Shown: positions 26,692-37,168 of the stretch, piece by piece
Layout of the letters: each line of letters starts with the position of its first letter
Numbering within the stretch: the first letter of the stretch is position 1
Source of the DNA: Massalongia carnosa
Taxonomy: Eukaryota
Assembly: GCA_965645245.1 (NCBI GenBank)
Contig: OZ287071.1
Span: forward strand, 1,798,001 to 1,862,000
Direction: 5' to 3'
DNA: 64,000 nt
Translations under genes and position numbers: made by a program
The notes under the pieces: generated by a model
Databases searched by the model: none
Seen by the model: the letters and a program-made list of their open reading frames with translations, nothing else
What the model was told of the DNA's origin: nothing

Positions 26692-28346
26692 ATGCCCCAC
26701 CAACCCCCTCCCCAAATATCCTCCCCCCTCCGTATCCTCGTTCTCTCCCCACCCTCCACCCCCGTTCCCCCTATTCTAAAAGGTTCCAACCCCCCACTCC
26801 CCCCCCTTTCCCCCTCTCGTCCATCCTTTCTTCCAACCCCACCCAATCTAACCTCCCCTCTCAGATCCCACCCTTGCGCTTTCCACCCCCTACTACAGCG
26901 CCAACATCCCTGTCTGGCATGATGCGCTCCCCACCTCAGGGCCCGAGCTCCGGCAGTGGGAGGGCGAGTGGAGGGGCGAGGAGGCGGGCGAGGTGGTGAG
27001 GGCGGTGGGGGCTTGGGCGGTGTGTTTCCTGAAACCGCTCGAGGTTGAGGGGGGTGGGGACCGGGTGGTGGTATGTGGGAACTTTTTTTTCTTGTTGTTA
27101 TTACTTCGACTTCTTTTTTCTCTTCTTGTTTCTTGTCGGTTACTACTGCTTTCTCATCTATCATCACTCCTTCCACCCCCCTCCACCCCCCCCTCGAAAT
27201 ATAAGAAAATAATCCCTACCCTTCCATTGCCCTTCCACCCCTCCCTTCATACCCATCCAACCAACTAACCACCATCCCTCACCCCATCCTCTCCATAGTC
27301 CATCTCCCACATCGGTGCCCTCCTGACAGCCATCTCCGCCCTCCTCTCCCACCACCACCACTTTACCACCACCTCCTCCCCCTACTTACCCATGCCCGAC
27401 CCCCCACTCCTCCTCGCCATCGGCCTGCACCAGCCACTGAGCCCGCGACTCGAGCTCCCGGACGCGGATTGGGAGGATTTGTTGCGGGAGTGTGGCGGGT
27501 GGGAGTGGGTGGATGGAGAGGTGAGTGGGGAAGAAGGGAAGGGGAAGGAGGCGAGGAATGAATTTGGTGGTGAGTCGTAAGGTTTTGCAGCTGTGTTTGC
27601 GTTGACATTTCTCCACGCCCCCTTTCTTGTTATCGCCAATATGGGCATGAAAAGTCTATTGTGGATCCCACTCCACTTTCAAGAAATATCCTCCCCTCCA
27701 ACACTAACCCTCCTCCCCCAAAATCCCATTACAAAACCCCTAACCTCCCCAGAAAAAATCGGCCTCGCCCGCCTCCACGAAGCGCTCTGCGCAAACGAAT
27801 GGTCCGCCAACGCGGACTCAGACATCTCGGACCTAGACTCCCTCCTCGCTCAGCACGACCACGACGCCGACGCCGACGTCGAATTTGCCTTTGAGGCGGG
27901 GAGCGCAGATGGGGCGATGAGGATGGGACTTATGGAGAAAGTAGGGGGGGTTGGTGAGGATGATGATCATCGGGGGGGGGAGGGGGATGGAGATGGGGGT
28001 GTGGAAGAGCTGGAGGCTATGATGAGCAAGATGCTAGCTGTGAGAAGTACGTGTCTTATACTTTTCCTTCGCTGTTTCCCTTGGTTTCCCCTCCCCCTAT
28101 GTTTTCCCATTCAACAAGTCCCACTGTCACCACCATCCACCACCACCTCCTTCACAGCTTCTCCAAGAGTCCAATGACCCCTCTCAATCAAACCCCCCCC
28201 CCCCAAAAAGACCGAAACCGCTCAAAACCGCTTGCTTCCATTCTAAAATCCCGGCTCCGGCGACAGATTTAGGCCAAGACATGCCAGAAGCGGAGAGGCG
28301 ACGGTTTGCCGCTCGGGCGGTGCGGGACGTGATGCTTAGTTCTTGA
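26692..28346 (+). CDS. IRC6: Alpha/gamma-adaptin-binding protein p34 (Irc6/AAGAB-like), multi-exon, hidden in very skewed low-complexity DNA
   Basis: Spliced reading gives LRILVLS...|...STPYYSANIPVWHD...EAGEVVRAVGAWAVCFLKP...DWEDLLRECGGWEWVDGE...RNEFG|EKIGLARLHEALCANEW...VEELEAMMSKMLAVR|DLGQDMPEAERRRFAARAVRDVM*. Confidence 0.8.
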
Positions 28347-28916
28347 TTGAGGGTGCAATGGGGGGGGGACAAAAATTGGGAGAAGAGGGGAGGATTCAAC
28401 GTGGAAGGTTTTTGTTTGGAAGTTTATTGTGTGAGGAAGGTGAAGAATAAAAACATTTATGGATTGTTTGGGGTTATGTATGTATGGGAGGGTTGTGGGG
28501 GAGGGGGAGTGATTCCGAACTGGCTTTTTCCCTTGCTTTTTTGCTGTCCGGATGTAGCGGTTCGCCGAGTCAGCGTAAAACCTTTCCGCTACGGCTGTAT
28601 TCCCGTTTTGTGAAATGAAGAGAAAGTGGAACGATATTCTTTAGCGAGTAGAGGGTTTTTTCTTGCTAGGTGAACCTGGCGAGGCCCTTTTTTGCTAAAG
28701 GTGATTTTTTTCGTAATAACGAAAAGCACAAAAAGGGATCATGGAACCATTACCAAAAATTACCAATACATTCAAGAGCTCCAAACGCCAACTCATATAG
28801 TCGACTACCAGACCTACCCTCCTTTCCTAGTGGTCACATAATACTTTCCCCTAGCACAAATGTTCAGCCGAGTAAAGCTAGTCGCCGAACCATACTGGGC
28901 CACGTAGAAGTCCTAC

Positions 28917-30887
28917 CTAAACCGCACCTTCAGTTTGCTGGATTAGGCTGGCAACCGTCCTGCAACCTGCTACCCTCCCAGCACTTCCATCAAACACGAA
29001 CGGGCCGGCGTTATTTGTTGGTGTTAGGGGTCCATCGGTAGCTAGGTCTCCTCCTGGCGGGGGAGTTATTAGTGTAGATGGCGACCGGTTGGGCGTGACA
29101 TTTCCCCTTTGCACGGTTGGTTGGGTGGGCGTTATTGGTCTTAGATAGTTCGCCAAATTTGAAATTCGGCTCGAAGGTTCTTCGATGATAAATGATGATG
29201 CTAAGTTTTCGCTCGATCGTAGATTTGTCGTCATCCGGGATGCGTTTCGACGGTTGATGATACTTGAGGAAGCAACGGATACGGAAGGATTAGTCGCTCT
29301 GGACGCCAAAGAAGGAGAATCAGAAGCGGAATAGGAGGACATGGCAGCATTGGCGCGATCTGTGGATGCCAAGGAAGGTTGACCAGATAGGAGAAGAGAG
29401 GATGCAGTACCTGTACCGGTTCTGACCGACAAATTTCCAGATAGCGCCGCCGCTTCAGCTTCGCCTCCGGTGGCTGTAGTATGCAACGTATGTTCTCCGT
29501 TCGTGCCATTGTTCTCGGATAGGATAACATCATCGAGATTCAAGTCTTCGTTTTCGTCGTCTTCCCATTCGGCGTCGTCAGGATCATCAACATCTGCCTC
29601 TAAATCGGCCACAGCGCGGCAATTTGGACAAAGGAATTGGGGCCAAGTCTTGTGGTCATTAAGTATTGGCCGTATGCATTTGAAATGCCACACGTGTGAA
29701 CAGGGCGCAACGAAGAGCGATTGGCATGGCTAGGAAGAATTAATAAAATGGCAAAATAAATATACATTATCTTTGGACTTACAGCTATTGACATCAGACA
29801 TATTGAACACTCGGTGCCGGATGAGTGTGTGGAAGTCCCATCAATATCCTTTTTGGCTGTTGATTTGCCTAAGTCCCGTAACCGTTTGTGGGTTGAAATA
29901 CTGTTTAAAAATTAGATAACCGGGTGAGGGGTTGTAAGCCGTACATGTAACTTACTTGAAAGTATTCAGACTTTTCTGCCATGCTCGATTGCATTCAACT
30001 CGAATCTTTACACATCGAAAGATCATTTCCTCCCCACCCCTGAAGTCAATTCCCAGCTGCACAACATCCCCATCGTTGACAGGCCATGGCCTAGACTCTA
30101 CACTAGGCTGGCTGAGCCGAATGTGATTGAGAAATGTGCCAGAGGAGCTTTTAACGTCTTTGATGTACCATTGACCATTAGAACACCAGAACTCGCAGTG
30201 CCTTCGACTAACCACCTTTGATTTGAAACCTACCGGTGCGGAGGATGGGATGTTGGTGGGTGGGTTTGGATGGCTATCCCGTTCAGAATATCTCCCTACT
30301 CGAATCACACAATCCTCGTGAGGGAGTGTTCTCGAGGTAGGAGGAAATGCCAATGACGGTCTAGCAGCCCGTGGGTCCTGGTGCGGGATAAGACGAATAG
30401 TTGGCATCTGATCCTGTGGGTATCCTGCCAGGTTCGACGTTACAGACTCCGCTTCTTTTCGAGCGTTACGTTGTGTAGCCCCGGTTCGATTCCTGGCCAT
30501 AAGCCTTGATATTCCTACCAAAGCAGTATTGACAGCTGCTTGACCTGTCGCCGACACAGCCGCTGGAGCAGGGTGATCTGCGTCTGCCGGTTGAGAGGCT
30601 CCTTCTTGCCCGCCTTCTCCAGGCTTTACAGCACTATTCAACTCCGACTCGCTGGTCTGCTCACGCGTGGGGTAACTAATCGACCTGAAAATGCCGTGCC
30701 GTGGAATGGACGGTTGCGGAGACGAAGAGCTTGCGGTTTGATTTGACGATGAAGATAGATGACTTTGCGTGTAGCTTCGAAGATAGCTCAACCCACGGCG
30801 CCGAGCTGATCGGGAGGGCGGCGTGACGGAAGTGGGGTTGCTAGAAGGTAGAGGTGCCGACGGTGACTGGGTGGAGTAAGTGACCAT
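28917..30887 (-). CDS. DMA1: FHA + RING-H2 E3 ubiquitin ligase (Dma1/Chf-like), 3 exons
   Basis: FHA: IRVGRYSE...FKSKVVSRRHCEF...DVKSSSGTFLN...DGDVVQLGIDFRGG. RING: ECSICL...|PCQSLFVAPCSHVWHFKC...CPNCR. Confidence 0.93.
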
Positions 30888-31562
30888 TTGTAAACATTTG
30901 ATTTAAAGCATGTGAATCAACTGCAACAGGTCGTGACAACGTTGACGGTGTCGATTCACAGGAGTGTACAGAGTAAAGGCAGCCAACAAACTTGCGGAAA
31001 CCAATTGTCGACCACACAGAGCGATGGTGGGCTGCGATGATTACTTTAACAGGAAGGAATGATATTTAATAGTAAGGCAACAGGTAGCAAGTAGCAGTCA
31101 GTAAGTATCCGGAGACATGAAACATCCGCAGTTCAGCCAATAGCAATTTAGAATACTTTGGTTTCTTAAGTAACGTAGCTTTGCATGCTGCTCTTTCGTT
31201 AGTCAAAGGTGCAGAGGAACTGATAAGTCCTTGAGACGAGTTCTATACGAGTACAGAGTAGATACAGCCAACGAGGCTAGACTCGCTTTTGACGTTCCAT
31301 TGTGGCTGCGGATGTGCCAAGACTCACCCCTCAGTCTACGAAGCATGGTAGAGTATAGAGCGTCTACTCGATACTCTAAAGGTTGCTGGGAATGGATGGA
31401 ATTCATACGTGGACAGGCAAGTGATGCGAGTTCCCTCTTTGAGATACCGGTATGTGGAGAGCAAAAGCATGAGTATCCTCACCAACGTCGCTGATAACGT
31501 CGAGAGTAATTTGATGTTATACAGTGAGAAATGGTACATTCTCGGCAAAATATCGAACTCCC

Positions 31563-33195
31563 CTATTCCGACCCGAGAATTGTCAAAGCTCCATCAGGCC
31601 CCAGAGCAACTAGAGTCTGCGCCATCGACCCCCATTCAACGGCAACTGCAGGCACTGCGCTCCTTAAAAGTTCAGACCACTCTTTTGAAGACTTGGAGTA
31701 TTGGTGCACCGCCAATCCACTCGGCCCGGCTAAAGCCAGAAACTGTCCCGTATAATCCCATCGTAAGTGTTGAATCTGGCCACCCACTTCAAGCACCTTT
31801 ATCTGCGTCGACTTGCGAAGATCCCAGATGGAAACTTTTGTTGACCCTTTGCTCGCTGCTGCAAGCCAAGTGCCATTTTCGGAGAATGTCAGATCTTCAA
31901 CGGGACCATCCATACTGAAATCGGCAGCGTTGGCCCCAGACTTCACATCGTATAACTTGATCAGCCCATCGGCTCCTGCCGCAAATAGGTGACCATCAGG
32001 ATGAAATTCAGCGCTTGTGAAACCTAAACGCCGTTAGCGAGATATTTGACGTATAGAACTTGAGGATTTTACTTGAATTGCTATAGACTTGCATAGCCTG
32101 GCTCAAGGTTGAAAGGTCATAAAATATGTAGCTTCTATCCACCCCAACGGAAGCTAGGATTTCGTTGCTTGGATGTACTGCGAGCGCCGTCACTTCACCA
32201 TTGTGTCCCTTGAAGCTTGCAACTTCAGATCTGTCTTCGAATATCTTAACATGTCCAGTGACCGTAGCGAAGACCGCGCGGCCACCGACCCAGGTGGCAT
32301 CAGTAATGGCACCGGCACCAACATCAAGCTCATACACTACTTTTTTTTGTGAAAGCGAATAGACCCCGGCAATGCCATTGGTACCACCAATTAGAGCCAA
32401 GGCGTCGTTCGTATTTAATGGAACGGACGTAGCTCCAGAGTATAAGGGAGCCGAGTTTTCTACTACTTTGAAAGTCTGGAGCGCATCAGAAGTTATCCAT
32501 TCGTTAGGTATGCTCCGTTTTCTTCGAGTCTTTGATAGCCTAGAAAAACTATCAGCGAGATTCGCCTTTTGTTTTGTTTTAGGGGGCCATGGTTTACTTC
32601 TCTTGCGTGGCTTCAACCTTGGCCACCAAAGCAGCGGATAGTTCCTGGCCATCCACCTGCATAGCATCCCCATTATTTGTAGCTCTCCCATTAACGTGAA
32701 TCCGCGACAACGCATCACGAGCTTCATCCCTTTCTCTAGATAACCTTACAATAACTCGGACCGCGGCATCTTGCTGATATAGGGCTGTACTCAGTTCTTG
32801 TCTTGTTTGTGCTAGGTTCTGTTTTAAAGTAAATATTTCCAGCGCATTTGCATCCCATTCGTTCTGAAAGATCGACAACAAGGAGGGTATTGAAGTAAGT
32901 GTTGGAGGTCTGGGGCGAGCAATTCGAGACGACTTGAGGTCTACCAAATCTTCTGCATTAAGTTCTTCATTGGTGATTGGGTCTTTCCCATTTTCTTGGA
33001 TGTAAGCCTCGATGAGACTTCTCTCGAATATATGACCTATACTAGATCAGCCTGCCTTCTCCTAATGGCGCCTGTGTACAAACCACTCTTCCGTGAAGCC
33101 ACCGGGATTCGAGGAGTCTCCCCAGAAACTGCAACCAGTTAACCGACATGAGCTGCTGGATGAATGTAGGGGATGAGCGTACTTGCGCACAGCAT
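31563..33195 (-). CDS. PRP19: Pre-mRNA processing factor 19 (U-box, coiled coil, WD40), multi-exon
   Basis: MLCA|ISGE.P..PVASRKS|GHIFERSLIEAYI...GKDPIT; RPRPPTLTSIPSLLSIFQNEWDA; RQELSTALYQQDAAVRVI; WD repeats FSENGTWLA, IWDLRK. Confidence 0.96.
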
Positions 33196-33478
33196 TGTAG
33201 AAGAGTTGAATGATTCTGGATAATGTCCTGTAAAGCTCGATAGCTAAAATTATAATCACGGCCAAGGGTTATGAAACTCTTATTACGGACTACTACTAAT
33301 CTGAGATTTACTTGAAATTTCACGGCTTGCTCATAATTGCTGCAGAACCCGACTTTTCACAAAGGGTATGTAATAAATCAGCCCTAATACTACATAGTCA
33401 ATTCCACCATCCTCCAAATTTCATATACATCCACGCTGGCTGGAACAAGATTCTAGTCTATTTTCCTTTAATGATAAT

Positions 33479-34056
33479 TTATTCGTCAAACGACAACTTG
33501 ACTTTCTTCGGATTTTTCATCTTCATGCTGGGTTTTGAAACTTTTATGCTGCCAATTAGAGAAGAATCAGCGCCTTCTATGGCAGCATTTACTTCTCCTG
33601 CATTGTCGCCAAAGACTTTACCAGCTCGTTTTTTGGAAGTACGACCAATACTAGCTTCCAACTGTTTGAATAGCAATGCACCTTCCAACGGGTCAGTGGT
33701 GGCTGCAACATGATCTTCTGGTAGATGGGATTGCGGGTTTGTCGATGGAGGACTCTTTTCCTCACACTTTTCGAGCTCTCTTTGGTTTACCAATGCATCA
33801 TATTCAGCCTTTGAGATTGAGGTTTGACCGTCTACATCAAAATAGGTGGGCTCATCTTCTTCTTCGTCGGTCATTTTATGTTTCTTTGGCCTTGTCAATG
33901 AATTTTGGTGACGACTTGGGTCGCCATCTCCCTGTGCACCCCTAAGCCTGCGTAGGAACGCCGGCTCCTTGGCCTCTGTGCCTTCTGTTAGTTCAGAAAC
34001 TGCAAGGTTCGTGATCAAAACATGCCATAACTTAAATTTTTAGCATTGAAGCTCAT
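33479..34056 (-). CDS. Small conserved fungal protein (DUF4604-like), 2 exons
   Basis: MSFNAKNLSY|EAKEPAFLRRLR...KKVKLSFDE*. The unspliced frame stops right after exon 1; intron 33976-34025 restores it. Confidence 0.75.
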
Positions 34057-34805
34057 TTTGATACCATTTCACATTTGAACACAAAAATAGCCGTGGTATA
34101 TAGAGTATGAATGAGAGCTAAGTAAGGTTGACCTTTAAGAAAATGGGCATCCGAGCAGAAACAAGTGATTTTTGGCCAAGTGTTGGTTGAATTGCCGTTC
34201 GATACAGCTTTCAAAGCCTCAGTTTAAGTAACGATGAAATGACATAAAGTGCAACTAATGTTGAGAACAATAACATGAAATGGTCATATTTGTCTCCAGT
34301 TCTTGTGTTGAATTGAATGTCAGCACAAAACTTAGACCTTGTTGATTAGACATCTAGAACATCTAACCAAGTTTGTCAAAAGGCTCTTTCAGTGGGAGCG
34401 GATAAACTTTCACGCGAATATTTCTTCTAAGTTATCTAACCTTCGACCTCCTATCGGCGCATTAAGTACAACCGTATTGATTCAACATCGCGCCAATACC
34501 CTACATTATATCTTGTCGGTTTGAGATTGCTTGATTGACATGTTTTGCGTCAGTTGAACCGCTTTACATGTTGAGAACACACTTTAGGGAGTTCCTGCCG
34601 CTCGTTACTATAACAGTCATACAGAGTATCGCCGAGGAATACTCGGAAAACTTTATGACTTTTTCGACGAATCTTTCTTCTTTTTCCACAGTCGATTCAA
34701 GAAATAGTGCTTCTAAATTTCAGAGAACCCAACATCAACCCAGGAGTTTTTCAATACCCATACCTTCATTACGCCCAGAGCATCTTGGGCTCCTTTGGCG
34801 CGGCG

Positions 34806-36545
34806 ATGAGTTTCGTGCAGAAATTGGCGAAGAGGATTCCATCATCCCCTAGTCTTCCATCTCTCGAGGATATAAGTCGCCAAAAAGAGTTGATGCTCCC
34901 AAGGTTAGCATTATTTAGGAGACGCATCCGCTTAAAAGGCAACTCAAAGATATCTATCCCTCTGGGTGCTGTACTTTTATTTCCGCTCGTTGTAATAATC
35001 TTAATTCTTGTTCTCATCGTTCGACATCCATCTTCGCCGGGAAGAATTTTAATGCCTGCAGGTGCTCCTCCGCTGATAAGGTAGGAATCGCAACTTGGAT
35101 TACGAGATCTCTGGTTCGGTTATTGAATGGAAGGCTAATTTGACAACTTTGTAGGAAAATCAGCGAAAAACATGACAAGGTCTTCGTGACCGGTTGCCTG
35201 GAGCCGCAAACCGATGGACATCGAGCGAACGCGGCTCTGGTAGTTTTAGCTAGGAATCAAGAGCTGGATGGCGTTATACAGTCTATTAAGTCAATGGAAA
35301 GACATTTCAATAGGTGGTTTCATTATCCATATGTGTTTTTAAACGACGGCGAGTTCAACTCAACATTCAAAGAGGCAATATTGAACCACACCAGCTCGCC
35401 GGTAGAGTTTGGCAAAGTAGAGCCAAGTATGTGGGGTTATCCAGATTGGGTCAACGCCGAGGTCGCGAGAGAGGGCATTAGAAAGCAAGGAGACAAAGCA
35501 ATAATGTATGGAGGCATGGAGAGCTACCATCATATGTGCAGATTTTATTCAGGGTTCGTGCCTTCGCCCTTATACTCGCCTCAGCTGATAAACGACAGTT
35601 TCTTCTACAAGCACGAACTTTTAGAAAAATACGATTGGTATTGGCGAGTTGAACCGGATATCAAATACTTCTGTGATATGACCTAGTAAGTCCTATTTAG
35701 CTGTAGCTACATTTGTTGCTGATTCAGCAAAGCGATCCTTTCATACACATGATTCACGAAAACAAAACCTATGGCTTTACTATTGCTGTTAAGGAGCTCA
35801 AGGAGACCGTCCCTAATATCTTTCGTTATGCCTCAGCCTATAAGCGTATGAACAACCTCACATCGCAGGGCTTGTGGGAGATGTTTGCAGAGCCGGCTGA
35901 GGTGCCAAACATTCCTGCTAAGGATGATCTTAAATACCAGGCACCATTACCTGAAGAGATTCTCAGTACTGAGGCCGGGCAACGTGGGCTTCCAGACATT
36001 GATCCTGAAGCCATGGAGGGTGAGGTTTACAACATGTGCCATTTTTGGAGTAATTTTGAAATTGCAAGGCTGGACTGGTTCAGAAGCAAGGAATATAACG
36101 ACTTCTTTGATATGATGGATCGGAGCGGGGGTTTCTGGATGGAACGCGTAAGCTATCACTCTTGGTTCTTCAGAAATGAAAATTCTAATCTATTACGTAG
36201 TGGGGAGATGCGCCTATTCATTCACTTGCTGCCGGCGCACTTTTGGGTCCCAAGGATATACACTATTTCCGTGACATTGGCTATCGACACACCACGATAC
36301 AGCACTGCCCTGCAAACGCTCCAGGAAATCGCCAGCTTCCGCGACCTCCTTTTCTTGAAATGACCACGAAGGACGAGAAGAAGAGGAAAGAAGAAGACGA
36401 CTACTGGGAGACATGGGACTCTGTTAAGGAAAACGGCGTTGGATGCAGGTGCAAGTGTGATACTGATATTGTTGACGTTGAGGGCAAACAAGGCAGCTGC
36501 TTGGCTCAATGGGTTGACGTTGCTGGGGGTTGGGCTTCTGCTTAG
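34806..36545 (+). CDS. Alpha-1,2-mannosyltransferase, glycosyltransferase family 15 (Kre2/Ktr family, Ktr5/Ktr7-like), 5 exons
   Basis: N-terminal TM anchor; NAALVVLARN; YPYVFLND; SYHHMCRFYSG; WYWRVEPD; YNMCHFWSNFEIA; GGFWMER|WGDAP; DIGYRH. Confidence 0.94.
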
Positions 36546-37168
36546 GAAACGGATATTAAGGTTTTTCCCTTGTTAAATACGGTTCTTGCACTGTCAGACT
36601 CTAAGGTGGCGTTTTGGCAGCATTCATATATCAGCATCTTCCGCATACTCGTACTTCAGCATAGGATCTGGCGTTCTGGCCCCGTGTTACTCTGTATATG
36701 CAATGCAAAAGCCCTGACCAGCCTTTTCAAGGGCTGCAGCAGCAAATAGTATCAATGAAATCTATATAGACACCTATTTAGTCTGAAATTGTCAATTCTC
36801 CCCTCAATCTAATCTCATCCATCAGGGAGAGAGAATATGGTACAAAAAAGTGTTTGACTGTTATTATATGTGTAGGTAGGTGTAAGTAATAGGCGTGCGA
36901 TAAGCACAACTAAGGCTATCTATCGCCTTATCGATAAGATACTATTCCACGTTAAGTTTAGGTGACTAGGTAATCAGGGAGTCATCTTGACCCCTCCTTT
37001 TACACTCGGTTGAAGCTCTCCATGTTCGCCTTCTTTATTTACGGCCACCGCTCGTCAGCACCATAAAAAGAGGCCTCTAGATGAGCATTCCGCTTCAAGT
37101 GTTCTTTCCTCTATTTATAACTTATATGCTATCACCCGTGCCACCGACATCATTCTTTTCAGCTCCCC

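Noticed and set aside
36927..36938. Palindrome CTTATCGATAAG (inverted GATA sites)
   Set aside because: A single occurrence. It is a plausible promoter element but cannot be supported from this window alone.
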